Assembly: GCA_937872225.1 (NCBI GenBank)
Contig: CALMRZ010000033.1
Coordinates: 16,315-80,314, forward strand
Direction of reading: 5' to 3'
Length of the DNA: 64,000 bases
Source of the DNA: an uncultured Spirochaetota bacterium
Lineage (GTDB): Bacteria > Spirochaetota > UBA4802 > UBA5550
Shown here: piece after piece, positions 39,043 through 49,672 of the stretch
Position numbering within the stretch: the stretch's first letter is position 1
Layout of the letters: every line of letters starts with the position of its first letter
Notes under the pieces: model-generated
The model's input: only the letters and a program-made list of their open reading frames with translations
Told to the model about the DNA's origin: nothing
Databases searched by the model: none
Translations under genes and position numbers: made by a program

Positions 39043-41034
39043 ATGCCCACGATCTACTCGTCCCATCAGTATTTCAACGAAATACCCCTCGCAGAGGTAA
39101 AGCTCGGCGGCGGATTCTGGGGCGGCCGGTGCGCCTTGAATCGGGATCATGCCATATTCTACCAGTGGGACCAGCTGGAGCAGACGGGCCGCGTCGACAA
39201 TTTCCGCATCGTCGGAGGGACAAAACCGGGGTTCCGCAGAGGCTTTTTCTACAACGATTCCGATGTGCACAAGTGGGCCGAAGCCGCAGCCGCAATCCTT
39301 GCGGCGGGCCCCCATCGACGTCTCGAGAAAATTCTTGAGGAGTATATCACTGTCATTCGCCGGGCCCAGATGGATGACGGCTATATCTTCACCTACAACC
39401 AGTTCCATTTCCCGGGTGATCGCTGGAAAAACCTTCAGATCGAACACGAGCTCTACACCCATGGTCATCTGATCGAAGCCGGCATTACTCTGATGGAAGC
39501 CACGGGCAGGAATGATCTCCTGGACATATCCCGAAAGGCGGCGGACCTGGTGGTGCGTGATTTTGCCGGCGCCGGACCGACCATGACGCCGGGCCATGAG
39601 GAGATCGAAATAGCCCTGATACGCCTGTACCGCGCCACGGGCGAGGGCGCATATCTCGAAACAGCGCGGCATTTCCTGGAACAAAGGGGAAGGATTCGCT
39701 TCTTCGCCCTCCGGCTGGCGGGACAGTTCTTCAGCCAGTCCCGCCGGTCAGGCGCTATCGCCAAAATGGAAAAAGAATCAACCGGCGCGGCATCTGCATC
39801 GGCCGGCTTCGACTTCACGGAAAACCTCACGGTCACGGAGCCGCCTTTCCTGAAGCTTCGTGCCAATATATCCTTCCTGTCCGGAAAATTCTTCCAGCAG
39901 CACCGGCCCATCAGGAAACAACGATCGCCCGAAGGACACGCGGTCCGCTGGGGATACCTGGCAACGGCAATGACGATGCTCTACCGGGAAACCGGCGACC
40001 GGTCGATATATGATACCCTCACGGAAGCGTGGGACCGCATGGTCCGGCGCCGCATGTATGTCACCGGCGGAATCGGGTCCCTTCCCGTCATAGAAGGATT
40101 CGGGAGAGACTACGAACTGGACAACCGCTATGCCTACTGCGAAACCTGCGCGGCCCTGGCGAGCATTTTCTGGAGCAGAGAGATGCTCCTGGCCACCGGC
40201 GAGGCCCGGTACGCGGACCTCATCGAATGGCAGATGTACAACGCCGCCGCGGCCGGCATAGCCCTTGACGGCAGGTCATACCTTTACCGCAACCCCCTGG
40301 AGTCGGACGGACAGACGCGCAGGCCCTGGTACGCTACCGCCTGCTGCCCGAGCAACATATCCCGCGCCTGGGCCTCCCTGGGGAAATATATCCATTCCAC
40401 CAGTGGCAACGATGTTTGGATACATCAGTATATCGGCAGCACCGCAGAAATCGGGTCAGGAGGGATGAACATCACCATCAATTCCGGTCTACCCTGGAAC
40501 GGTCATGCTTCAATCCAGCTGCATGTTGATAATCCGATTGAATTTAGCCTCAATCTTCGCGTTCCTTCCTGGTCAGGAAACCCATCAATTTCAATAAACG
40601 GCGATACGGCCGAATTTGATACTCCCGCGCAGCCAAATATTGACACGGCGTCAGGATATTCCCCTTACCGGTCATGGTTTCTTCGCCTGCGCAGAAGATG
40701 GGACAGAGAAACCAAAATCGAAATTGATTTACCGATGGACATTGTGTTCCACCGGTCCCATGATCGGGTCAAGAACAACCGGGGGAAGGTAGCCCTGTCA
40801 CGGGGGCCCCTGGTCTACTGCCTTGAAAGCATCGATAATCCCATGGCAAATATTCCGAAAGCAGTCCTTGATACAGGCAGGGAGGTCACCGCGCGGCATT
40901 CCGCTTCGCATTTCGACGGCGCCTGGCTCCTCCAGGGGGCTGATCCTGCCGGTACCACTCTCACGTTCATTCCCTATTTCTGCTGGGCCAACCGTGGTCA
41001 GTCCGCAATGCAGGTGTGGGTGAAGGAGAAATAA
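39043..41034 (+). CDS. Glycoside hydrolase family 127 (beta-L-arabinofuranosidase, HypBA1/DUF1680-like). Start reassigned from 38932 to ATG 39043.
   Basis: GFWGGR..., VDNFRIVGG, YNDSDVHKWAEA and EHELYTHGHLIEA hallmarks; candidate catalytic Cys segment in CETCA. Confidence 0.8.
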   Translation: MPTIYSSHQYFNEIPLAEVKLGGGFWGGRCALNRDHAIFYQWDQLEQTGRVDNFRIVGGTKPGFRRGFFYNDSDVHKWAEAAAAILAAGPHRRLEKILEEYITVIRRAQMDDGYIFTYNQFHFPGDRWKNLQIEHELYTHGHLIEAGITLMEATGRNDLLDISRKAADLVVRDFAGAGPTMTPGHEEIEIALIRLYRATGEGAYLETARHFLEQRGRIRFFALRLAGQFFSQSRRSGAIAKMEKESTGAASASAGFDFTENLTVTEPPFLKLRANISFLSGKFFQQHRPIRKQRSPEGHAVRWGYLATAMTMLYRETGDRSIYDTLTEAWDRMVRRRMYVTGGIGSLPVIEGFGRDYELDNRYAYCETCAALASIFWSREMLLATGEARYADLIEWQMYNAAAAGIALDGRSYLYRNPLESDGQTRRPWYATACCPSNISRAWASLGKYIHSTSGNDVWIHQYIGSTAEIGSGGMNITINSGLPWNGHASIQLHVDNPIEFSLNLRVPSWSGNPSISINGDTAEFDTPAQPNIDTASGYSPYRSWFLRLRRRWDRETKIEIDLPMDIVFHRSHDRVKNNRGKVALSRGPLVYCLESIDNPMANIPKAVLDTGREVTARHSASHFDGAWLLQGADPAGTTLTFIPYFCWANRGQSAMQVWVKEK

Positions 41035-41037
41035 CAA

Positions 41038-42768
41038 ATGTCAGATAAACAGTATCCCCGGCCGGACATGGAGCGTGATCGATGGCTCTCCCTTGACGGA
41101 ACATGGGAATTCGAATTCGACTGTCGGGGTAATGGAAAAGACCGCCACCGCGGGCCCCTGGCAGGGACCATCAGGGTCCCCTTCTGCATAGAAAGCGAAG
41201 CGAGTGGTATCGGCATACAAGACCCGCCGCCGGTTTCATGGTACGCAAAAAACTTGAGTCGAAAAGACTTGCCCCGGGGGAAGCGCTTTTTCCTCAACTT
41301 CGGTGCGGTGGACTACGAAGCAACGGTCTGGCTGAACGGCGCGCTCCTCGGCTCCCACCGCGGCGGCTACACCCCCTTCACCTTCGAAATAACTGAGCGC
41401 CTCGCCGATAACAATCGGCTGGTCGTCAGGGCTAACGATCCCCGGACCCGCGGCACCCTCCGGGGCAAGCAGTACCTGTGGAAAAAGTTGAGCCCCATCT
41501 TCTACACGCCGGCAAGCGGCATCTGGCAGCCCGTTCATATCCATGCCACCGGGAGTTCCAGCATTGTAAAGATGGTACTATCCTCCACTTTGGACGCGAT
41601 CATGGTTTCATGGGACATCGACGGAGGGGACCGCATGGTCATAGAGATTGCCGGGTCAAAGGGCTCCATCGCCGCCATCAAGGAAATCCGAAAACCGCAA
41701 ATGAGCGGAAGCGCCACCCTTGTCATCAAGCATCCACACCATTGGTCCGTGGATGATCCTTACCTCTATACCGTAACCGTATCGCTCCACGATGCGGAAG
41801 GAATGAGCGACCGCGTTGTATCCCGGACGGGACTGCGCACTATCGAAGCAAAAGATGGAAGCATCGTCCTGAACGGCGACCCGATCAGCCTCAAGATGAT
41901 TCTCGTCCAGGGCTACTTCCCGGGCGGTCATTACACCCCGGTTGATGGATTGGAAGGATACGAACGGGACATTCTGCTCATCAAGGCCATGGGCTTCAAC
42001 GGCATCAGGATGCACCAGAAGATCGAGGACCCGCGCTTTCTTCACCTGTGCGACCGCCACGGCCTCCTGGTCTGGACGGAGATGCCCTCGCCTTTCCTCT
42101 TCAGCCCGGTGAAGGAGCGGCAGTATGAGGATGAACTGTGGGACGTACTGGACCGGGACAGCGGCCATGCCTCCAACATGGCTGTCGTGCTCTTCAACGA
42201 GACCTGGGGGATCTTCGATATCCTCTGGAGAAGTAAAAGAAAAGCATATATCCGCAGACTTTACGAGCGTGTCAAGGACCGCTATCCCCATCTCCTCGTG
42301 GTGGACAATTCCGGGTATGACCATGTCATGACGGATATCGCCGACATCCATCACTACCTGGCGGACGAGGCAAAGATCAGAAAGCTCTATGCGGGTCTGG
42401 GCGACGCGCGCAGGATGACGATGCGCTTCTTCAAGATCCCGCGGGCCCTCGCCTATCTTATCCTTACCCACAAATTTTCCCGCATGCCCTACCTGTCCGG
42501 CGGCGCCTACCGCGGTTTCGAGCCTTTCATGGTGAGCGAGTTCGGCGGGGCAGGTTTTTACAAAACCGATAAGACCATGCTGGAGAGCTTTACCGATAAT
42601 GTCCGCATCATGAAGGAGTACCCGCGGCTGGCCGGCTACTGCCTGACCCAGGCCTATGACGTGGAGGGAGAACAGAACGGCCTTCTCACCTTCCGGCGCG
42701 AGCCGAAGTACGGCATTGAAGAGATCGCGGAAGTCAACGCGCTATTACAAGCCAATCTTCCGAAATGA
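41038..42768 (+). CDS. Glycoside hydrolase family 2-like enzyme (sugar-binding jelly-roll, Ig-like, TIM barrel).
   Basis: FGAVDYEATVWLNGALLGSHRGGYTPFTFEIT (GH2 N-terminal domain), NGIRMHQ and LLVWTEMP (TIM-barrel segments). Confidence 0.7.
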   Translation: MSDKQYPRPDMERDRWLSLDGTWEFEFDCRGNGKDRHRGPLAGTIRVPFCIESEASGIGIQDPPPVSWYAKNLSRKDLPRGKRFFLNFGAVDYEATVWLNGALLGSHRGGYTPFTFEITERLADNNRLVVRANDPRTRGTLRGKQYLWKKLSPIFYTPASGIWQPVHIHATGSSSIVKMVLSSTLDAIMVSWDIDGGDRMVIEIAGSKGSIAAIKEIRKPQMSGSATLVIKHPHHWSVDDPYLYTVTVSLHDAEGMSDRVVSRTGLRTIEAKDGSIVLNGDPISLKMILVQGYFPGGHYTPVDGLEGYERDILLIKAMGFNGIRMHQKIEDPRFLHLCDRHGLLVWTEMPSPFLFSPVKERQYEDELWDVLDRDSGHASNMAVVLFNETWGIFDILWRSKRKAYIRRLYERVKDRYPHLLVVDNSGYDHVMTDIADIHHYLADEAKIRKLYAGLGDARRMTMRFFKIPRALAYLILTHKFSRMPYLSGGAYRGFEPFMVSEFGGAGFYKTDKTMLESFTDNVRIMKEYPRLAGYCLTQAYDVEGEQNGLLTFRREPKYGIEEIAEVNALLQANLPK

Positions 42769-42789
42769 CCCGGCCCTCTTTACCGTCGA

Positions 42790-43560
42790 TTATTCCGTGC
42801 CGCCGCTATATCCGTATTTCGAGGAAGCTTCGATCCCCGCGTCCCGGACGACCCGGGCAAAGTCATCGATGCGCGGCATCATCAATCCGGATGGGCCAGA
42901 TATGCCGATCGAATACAGGGCTTCGCCGCGATAATTAATGACGGGCGCCGCAATGCACACGATGCCGCTTTTGTATTCCTCGCGGTCATAGGCGATCCGC
43001 TCCTTCCGTGCCATGGCAAGCTCATCACGCAAGGCTTCTTTCGAGAGGATGGACCGCTCGGTGTATGGCCGCAAATCGGCGCTATCGAGGAGCGTCGACA
43101 GTATCCCGCTGTCTCGAAAGGACAGGATGGCCTTGCCGAGGGCCGTGGCAACCGCCGGTTCCCGCGTTCCCACCGCGATGTTCACGCTGATGCTTTCCCG
43201 GGGCTGCTCCACGGCGAGAAACACCACGTCGGCGCCTTCGAGAACGGCCAAGTGGGTGTTCTGCTTAGTGGCGGCGCAGATGCGCGATATGATCGGCCTG
43301 ATGATGCTTTCAATTTTTCCCTGGTCATTGAAGGAGCCGGCAAGCTCCATAAGCCTGAAGCCGAGCGAGTATTTCTTGGTGTCCGTGTCCTGCTGGACAA
43401 AATGGTTTTGCAAAAGGGTCGATATCAGCCTGAACACCGAAGAGCGATCGATGGTAAAATGTCCCGCTATTTCGTTAAGGGATAGGGGCTGATCGGACGA
43501 GCCAAGGATTGTTAAAATTTTCAGGCCCCGTTCAAGGGATTGTATTGTGTTTTTTGTCAT
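42790..43560 (-). CDS. IclR-family transcriptional regulator.
   Basis: N-terminal HTH LERGLKILTILGSSDQPLSLNEIAGHFTIDRSSVFRLISTL plus a C-terminal IclR effector domain. Confidence 0.9.
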   Translation of the reverse strand: MTKNTIQSLERGLKILTILGSSDQPLSLNEIAGHFTIDRSSVFRLISTLLQNHFVQQDTDTKKYSLGFRLMELAGSFNDQGKIESIIRPIISRICAATKQNTHLAVLEGADVVFLAVEQPRESISVNIAVGTREPAVATALGKAILSFRDSGILSTLLDSADLRPYTERSILSKEALRDELAMARKERIAYDREEYKSGIVCIAAPVINYRGEALYSIGISGPSGLMMPRIDDFARVVRDAGIEASSKYGYSGGTE

Positions 43561-43729
43561 ATTGCTTCTTAATAATTATGGTTATATATGAAATAGCACC
43601 ATTTATTATCTATAAGAATCCATATAGACAATAATATTAAAATTTAAAAAAAAATCAATTAATTTATTGCTTATTATGCAATATTATTGTATATTATGCA
43701 TAAAATATTAAACAACGGGGGAGTTTCTT
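43561..43729. promoter_or_regulatory. AT-rich divergent promoter region between the IclR gene and the catabolic operon, with a near-repeated ttattatgcaatatt / atattatgcataaaatatt motif (candidate IclR boxes).
   Basis: Read directly from the sequence; GGGGGAG RBS before ATG 43730. Confidence 0.4.
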
Positions 43730-44140
43730 ATGCCCTTTATCGATTTTTCCGCGTTCAATGGATCAAAAATTGATAAGCCCTTTGAACGGGAGATAAAATT
43801 TCTCCTGTCTCCCGACATCGATCCGTCTGTTAAGGACTTCACGTTCCTTCTCTCCACCCTGGCGCCCCACGGCGGCTGTACCGATTATCATACCCACGCC
43901 GACGCGGGGGAGCTCATGATCTTTATGTCAGGCAAAGGAAAGGCCTGGCTTGACGGCGTCGAGCACGATCTGAAACCGGGCGCCGCCATGTACGCTCCTC
44001 CCGGGACCATTCATAAGACCATGAATACCGGTTCGGAACCGCTGCAGATAGCATGCGTGTTCGTCCCGGCCATCTCAACTGATTACATCAGGCAGAACAT
44101 TGAAGCCGCTCAGACAAAGAAGGGAGCCGCCGATGAATAA
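43730..44140 (+). CDS. Cupin-domain protein.
   Basis: G.TDYHTH...GELMIFMSGKG...H two-motif cupin pattern. Confidence 0.7.
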   Translation: MPFIDFSAFNGSKIDKPFEREIKFLLSPDIDPSVKDFTFLLSTLAPHGGCTDYHTHADAGELMIFMSGKGKAWLDGVEHDLKPGAAMYAPPGTIHKTMNTGSEPLQIACVFVPAISTDYIRQNIEAAQTKKGAADE

Positions 44141-46283
44141 CCGCGCCAGGCAGACATTGGATAATACATGCCGGGAATCTCTCTCGGCCAAAAGCGTCAT
44201 AATAGCCGAGCATCTGATGAAAGATATCCTCCGGCAGTATGCCATACCGGTTCCCGCCGGCCGACTCTGCCTCACTCCGGCGGATGCTGTCCGCTTCGGC
44301 AGAACCGCCCGGCCTCCCTACGCCATGAAACTGGTCTCCGACAGGGTGCTTCACAAGACAGAGCTGGGCGGTGTCCGCCTCGGCATCGACGGCGCGGCCC
44401 GCCTGAAATCGGAATTCACCTCCATGGATTCTTCCCTGAAGAAGAAAAAGATCCAGGGATACGCAGGGATACTCGTGGAAGAGCAGTGCCCGCCCGGTGT
44501 TGAAATCATCGTCGGCCTGCAGCACGACGAGGTATTCGGCCCGGTCATGATGATCGGACTGGGCGGCATCTATACGGATATATTCAAAGATGTATCCTTT
44601 CGCCCCCTCCCCGTTTCAAGGAAAGACATCACCGCCATGATCGATGATCTGAAGGCCCGTCCGCTCCTGGCCGGCTTCAGGGGATCCGAGCGGATCGACA
44701 TGAAGGCCCTCGCCGGGACAATCGGCGCTATCGGCCGTTTCGGCGCTGACGCCGCACCCTGGTATGAATCGGTCGACTTCAATCCGGTCATCGCGCGGCC
44801 CGACGGCTGCGTCGTCGTTGACGCGAAAATGGTTCTCCGCCGGGGCCGTGAGGGTCGCAGCGCCGCCGGGGGAACGATCAGGACCGGCCACCTGGATAAT
44901 TTTTTCAGGCCGAAGAGCGTCGCCGTCCTGGGAGCTTCGGCGACGCCGGGAAAGATCGGCAACATCATCCTCGACTCGCTGGCGTCAGCCCCGGGCGGGA
45001 GGACCATATTCCCCGTCAATCCCAACGCCCGGGAGATCCTCGGCATGACCTGCTATCCGTCCCTTGACGCGCTCCCCGCGGTTCCGGACCTGGTCATTGT
45101 CATCGTCGACCTGGCCATGCTTCCCGATATCATCCGCGCCATGGCCGCCCTTGGCTGCCATAACGCCATCGTAATTTCCGGCGGCGGCCGGGAGCTGGGC
45201 GGAGGCCGCGCGGAGCTCGAAGAGGAGATCCGCTCCCTGGCCCGGGAGCACGACGTGAGGATCATCGGGCCCAACTGCATCGGATGCTTCGACGGCGCGA
45301 GCCGCTTTGATTCCTTCTTCTATCCGAAGGAGCGCCTGGAACGCCCGCCGCGGGGCACCGTGAGCTTCATTACCCAGAGCGGAACCTGGGGCTGCGCCTT
45401 CCTCGAAAAGGCCTGCCGCACCGGCATTGCCAAGATGGTGAGCTACGGGAACCGCGCCGATGTCGACGAGGGAGACCTTATTTCCTTCCTCGCCGATGAT
45501 CCCGACACGTCGGTGATCGGCAGCTACATCGAGGGGCTCTCCGACGGAAAAAAATTCCTCGCCGCGGTCAGGGAATCCGTCGCGCGGGACAAGCCGGTGG
45601 TTGTATTCAAGACCGGGAGGAACCCGGTTTCGGCGCGGGCGTCAGTATCCCACACCGGCGCCTACGGCGGCACCTATCACGTCTACAGGGGCGCCCTCGG
45701 GGCGGCGGGGGCGGTCCTGACCGACAGCTTCGATGAATGCTACGCCGCGTGCGAGGCCCTGTCTCTTCAGCCAGCCGCCAGCGGCAACCGCGCCGCCCTT
45801 GTGTCGAACGGGGCCGGTCCGATGGTGAACGCCATCGACCTCTTCCCCGACAACGGCATCGAGCTGGTGAAGCTCTCGCGGTCATCGGTGGAAAGGATGC
45901 GCAGCCGTTTCAGCTTCTTTTACCTGGTGGAAAACCCCGTTGACGTCACCGGCTCGGCCACCGCTTCCGACTACCGGCTCGTCATGGAAACCCTGGCCGG
46001 CGACGGCAATGTCGACATCATCATGCCATTTTTCGTTTTTCAGAATTCTCCCCTTGACGAGAGTATCGTGGAGGTCCTTGCAGACCTGAGCTCCGGCCGG
46101 GGGAAGCCGATCGTCTGCTGTGCCTCCGGCGGGCCCTACACGGACCTCATGCGCGGCCGCCTCAACCGGGCGGGCGTCCCCCTGTATGATTCCGTGATCG
46201 AGTGGGTGGCGGCGGCCCGGGGCCTGGTGCGCTGGGGGGCCGCAAGAAAATCCCGAAGGAACGCTCAACCATGGAAAAACTGA
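44133..46283 (+). CDS. ADP-forming acyl-CoA synthetase (NDP-forming; ATP-grasp domain followed by CoA-binding/ligase-CoA domains fused in one chain). The start at ATG 44133 overlaps the cupin stop; alternatives are 44100 and 44217.
   Basis: ATP-grasp N-terminus (LRQYAIPVPAG...YAMKLVSDRVLHKTELGGV), then SVAVLGAS..GKIG (CoA-binding) and a succinyl-CoA-synthetase-like ligase domain. Confidence 0.75.
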   Translation: MNNRARQTLDNTCRESLSAKSVIIAEHLMKDILRQYAIPVPAGRLCLTPADAVRFGRTARPPYAMKLVSDRVLHKTELGGVRLGIDGAARLKSEFTSMDSSLKKKKIQGYAGILVEEQCPPGVEIIVGLQHDEVFGPVMMIGLGGIYTDIFKDVSFRPLPVSRKDITAMIDDLKARPLLAGFRGSERIDMKALAGTIGAIGRFGADAAPWYESVDFNPVIARPDGCVVVDAKMVLRRGREGRSAAGGTIRTGHLDNFFRPKSVAVLGASATPGKIGNIILDSLASAPGGRTIFPVNPNAREILGMTCYPSLDALPAVPDLVIVIVDLAMLPDIIRAMAALGCHNAIVISGGGRELGGGRAELEEEIRSLAREHDVRIIGPNCIGCFDGASRFDSFFYPKERLERPPRGTVSFITQSGTWGCAFLEKACRTGIAKMVSYGNRADVDEGDLISFLADDPDTSVIGSYIEGLSDGKKFLAAVRESVARDKPVVVFKTGRNPVSARASVSHTGAYGGTYHVYRGALGAAGAVLTDSFDECYAACEALSLQPAASGNRAALVSNGAGPMVNAIDLFPDNGIELVKLSRSSVERMRSRFSFFYLVENPVDVTGSATASDYRLVMETLAGDGNVDIIMPFFVFQNSPLDESIVEVLADLSSGRGKPIVCCASGGPYTDLMRGRLNRAGVPLYDSVIEWVAAARGLVRWGAARKSRRNAQPWKN

Positions 46284-47107
46284 TCATAACGGCCGCCCTG
46301 ACCGGCGGCATACACGGCAAGGAGGCCAACCCGGCCCTTCCGGAGCAGCCTGACGAGATAATCAAAGACGCCGTGGCCTGCTATAACGCCGGCGCCGCCA
46401 TCGTGCACCTGCATGCCCGCGACCGCCAGGGCAAAGGCGTGGGCGACCCGGCTATATTCTCGGAGATAAACAGCGGCATCCGGGCCCGGTGCCCCATTGT
46501 CATACAGAACACGACCGGCGGGCCCGGCATCCCCATCAAGGAGCGCCTCTCCGGCCTGGACGCGGCCCCTGAAATGGGATCGCTCAACATGGGATCCATC
46601 GTGTTCTTCACCGGAAAGGAAAAGGCAGAACTGCTGTTCATGAACCACAGGTCCGAGATCGAGGCGTTCGCCGCGGAGATGCTTAAACGCGGCATCAAGC
46701 CGGAGATGGAAGTGTACAACCCGTCAATGTTCGGAGAAGTCGAAAACCTCATCGCGAAAAACCTGCTGGCAAAGCCGTATTACATCAACTGCGTCATGGG
46801 CGTCGAAGGCATGGGCGGATACAAGGGTACACCGAAGAACCTGATTACCATGCTCGAACACCTGCCGGAAGGGTCGGTGTTCAACGTCACCGGCATCGGC
46901 CGGTGGCAGATGGGAATGAACGTAATGGCCATTCTGACCGGCGGGCACGCGCGGGTCGGACTCGAGGATAACGTCTATTTCCGGAAGGGTGAGCCGGCGT
47001 CGGGCAACGCGCAGTTCGTCGAAAGGCTTGTGAAAATCTCAAGGGAGATAGGCCGCGATATCGCGACACCCGATGAAGCGCGGGCCATCCTCGGCATGCA
47101 GCGTTAA
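46271..47107 (+). CDS. BKACE-family enzyme (3-keto-5-aminohexanoate cleavage enzyme Kce-like, DUF849). The track start at 46202 is rejected.
   Basis: MEKLIITAALTGG...HLHARD start typical of DUF849/BKACE. Confidence 0.7.
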   Translation: MEKLIITAALTGGIHGKEANPALPEQPDEIIKDAVACYNAGAAIVHLHARDRQGKGVGDPAIFSEINSGIRARCPIVIQNTTGGPGIPIKERLSGLDAAPEMGSLNMGSIVFFTGKEKAELLFMNHRSEIEAFAAEMLKRGIKPEMEVYNPSMFGEVENLIAKNLLAKPYYINCVMGVEGMGGYKGTPKNLITMLEHLPEGSVFNVTGIGRWQMGMNVMAILTGGHARVGLEDNVYFRKGEPASGNAQFVERLVKISREIGRDIATPDEARAILGMQR

Positions 47108-47130
47108 TTTTTTTGTAAGGAAACGGAGCC

Positions 47131-47760
47131 ATGAACATCGTAATCGTAAGCGAAATTAGCGCCGTGGCGCAAAACCCCGCCATCGTGGCGGCCCTGGAGG
47201 GGCGGGGCCACAGGATAATCAACGCCGCCATGACATCAGCGGACCAGAAGCCGGAGCTCACCTATGTCAACACCGGCTTCCTGGCCGCCCTGCTCCTCAA
47301 CGCGGGCCGGGCCGACCTCGTCGTGGGAGGCTGCGGCACCGGCGAGGGCTTCCTGATATCGGCTTCCCAGTATCCGGGCGTATTCTGCGGCCTCATTGCG
47401 AACGGCCCTGACGCCTGGCTCTTCGGCCAGATCAACGGGGGCAACTGCGTATCGCTCCCCCTCCTGTACGGATACGGGTGGGCCGGGGACGTGAATCTCC
47501 GGTTTATCTTCGACCGGCTCTTCAGCGTTGAATTCGGTGCCGGGTACCCGGCGCACCGGAGCGAATCCCAGAAAAAAAGCAGGGCCCTGCTGGCAGCCGT
47601 ATCGAAGACGGCCCACAGGCCCTTCCCGGAGATCGTAGCCGGAATCGACGAAGCGGTCATCCGGCCGGTGCTGGAGTTTCCCGGCGTCCTGAATACCATC
47701 GGCCTTGAGACCCTGGCCGATGCCGCCCTCAGGGACGCCATTGGCTCACGGCTGAAATAA
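47131..47760 (+). CDS. RpiB/LacA/LacB-family sugar-phosphate isomerase-like protein.
   Basis: VVGGCGTGEG glycine loop and overall size. Confidence 0.55.
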   Translation: MNIVIVSEISAVAQNPAIVAALEGRGHRIINAAMTSADQKPELTYVNTGFLAALLLNAGRADLVVGGCGTGEGFLISASQYPGVFCGLIANGPDAWLFGQINGGNCVSLPLLYGYGWAGDVNLRFIFDRLFSVEFGAGYPAHRSESQKKSRALLAAVSKTAHRPFPEIVAGIDEAVIRPVLEFPGVLNTIGLETLADAALRDAIGSRLK

Positions 47761-47769
47761 GGAGGATCC

Positions 47770-49641
47770 ATGGACATATCCGCACGCATTGAACGGGCCC
47801 GCGCCCTCGCCCGTTACGGGACGATAGACACGGCGGTGAAGGCCGGAGCCTTGCGACAGTTCCAGGACATCAGCGTTTCCGAGGCGATCGTCCTCGGCCT
47901 GCACCGCCAGGGCGTCACCCGGTACTGCGCCATATTCGGCCACGGGAGCACCGATATCGCCGAGGTCCTCCGCGTGTACGAAGCGGAGGGCGTTGTGCGC
48001 ACCTTCAACTTCCGCCATGAAACGGCCGCTTCCCACGCGGCCACGGCGCTGAAGCTCCGCACCGGCGAAACCGCCGCGGTCATCACCTCCATCGGACCGG
48101 GTGCCCTCCACGCCTTCGCTGGCTCCCTCTGCGCGGCCTCCAACGGCGCCGGGGTGTACCACATCTACGGCGACGAGACGACCCACGGCGAGGGCTTCAA
48201 CATGCAGCAGGTTCCCAGGGAGGATCAGGGCCTTTTCCTCAGGCTCTGCGGGGTCATGGGCGACGCCTACTCCCTCTTCGAGCCCTGGAGCGTGGCCGCC
48301 GCCCTTCGCAGGGGCGCCGCCGCGACCGGTCACTACGGGTTCGGCCGTCCCTTTTTTCTCCTCGCTCCTATGAACGTCCAGCCAGTCATCATGAAGAACT
48401 TCAATATCCTCGAGCTTCCAGAGGCCCCGGTGCCGCAGCGGATGGCCTGCGCCGACGAAGACGTTTTCCGGAGCGCCTCGGAAGCGGCTGAACAGGCGCG
48501 GCGCGTAACCATCAAGATCGGCCAGGGCGCCAGGGGCTGCGGCGACGAAATAACGGAGCTCGCGAGGCTCCTCGACGCGGCCATCGTGGCCGGTCCCAAC
48601 GCCAGCGGCGTCGTCCCCTACTCAGAGCCCCGCTACATGACGGTGGGCGGCTCCAAGGGGTCCCTGTCGGGGAATTACGCGATGAACGAGGCCGACCTCG
48701 CGGTCATCGTCGGCGCCCGCGCCGTGTGCCAGTGGGACTCGTCGGGCACCGCGTGGAAAAACGCGCGATCCGTAATCAACTTCAACACCGAGCCGCTCCA
48801 CGCCGGGCACTATAACAGGTCGGTGGGCATTGTCGGTGACGCCAAAACGAACCTGCGGCTCTGGATCGAGCACCTGAAGGGCCGCGGCCTTGCGCCGCGG
48901 GACGGCTCATCCCAATGGGCCAGGGAGCTTTTTTCAAAACGCGCCGAGTGGGAGCGTTTCAAGAGGGCCCGCTATGAATGCCCGCCCCTGTACGACGGGG
49001 CATGGAAAAAAGAGATACTCACCCAGCCGGTCGCCATCAAAACCGTGTGCGAACACGCCGACGCGATGGGCGCCCTCAAGCTCTTCGACGCCGGCGACGT
49101 GCAGGCCAACGGGTTCCAGATCGTCGAGGACGAGCGCGAGGGCATGACCATGACCGACACCGGCTCCTCCTACATGGGGTTCGCGTCTTCCGCGGTCTTC
49201 CTCTCGGCCCTCTGCGACGTCTATCCGGTCGCCTTCTGCGGCGACGGCAGCTTCATGATGAACCCTCAGATCCTGATCGACGCTTCCCAGCACGGCGCCC
49301 GCGGCTGCATCGTGATATTCGACAACCGCCGGATGGCGGCCATCACCGGCCTCCAGCTGGCCCAGTACGGGAACGAATACCGCACCAGCGACGCCGTGGC
49401 CGTCGACTATGCGGCCATGGCGAACGCGGTCAGCGGCGTGCGGGGGATATACGGCGGCGACACCGTCGCCGCTCTCCGCGCGGCCCTCGGCGAAGCCGCC
49501 TCGCACCGCGGCCTCTCGGTGGTCCACGTGCCGGTGTACGCGGGGCCCCACGAGCTCTCGGGCATGGGCGTCTTCGGCGACTGGAACGTCGGGAACTGGT
49601 GCGAACGCGTGCAGGCCGAGCATCACCGCATCGGCCTGTAA
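47770..49641 (+). CDS. Thiamine-pyrophosphate-dependent enzyme (acetolactate synthase/IolD/sulfoacetaldehyde acetyltransferase superfamily).
   Basis: Three-domain layout with a TPP-binding GDG motif region (AFCGDGSFMMNPQ...N). Confidence 0.7.
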   Translation: MDISARIERARALARYGTIDTAVKAGALRQFQDISVSEAIVLGLHRQGVTRYCAIFGHGSTDIAEVLRVYEAEGVVRTFNFRHETAASHAATALKLRTGETAAVITSIGPGALHAFAGSLCAASNGAGVYHIYGDETTHGEGFNMQQVPREDQGLFLRLCGVMGDAYSLFEPWSVAAALRRGAAATGHYGFGRPFFLLAPMNVQPVIMKNFNILELPEAPVPQRMACADEDVFRSASEAAEQARRVTIKIGQGARGCGDEITELARLLDAAIVAGPNASGVVPYSEPRYMTVGGSKGSLSGNYAMNEADLAVIVGARAVCQWDSSGTAWKNARSVINFNTEPLHAGHYNRSVGIVGDAKTNLRLWIEHLKGRGLAPRDGSSQWARELFSKRAEWERFKRARYECPPLYDGAWKKEILTQPVAIKTVCEHADAMGALKLFDAGDVQANGFQIVEDEREGMTMTDTGSSYMGFASSAVFLSALCDVYPVAFCGDGSFMMNPQILIDASQHGARGCIVIFDNRRMAAITGLQLAQYGNEYRTSDAVAVDYAAMANAVSGVRGIYGGDTVAALRAALGEAASHRGLSVVHVPVYAGPHELSGMGVFGDWNVGNWCERVQAEHHRIGL

Positions 49642-49672
49642 GGGGAAAGACAACACGACAGGAGTCACGAAC

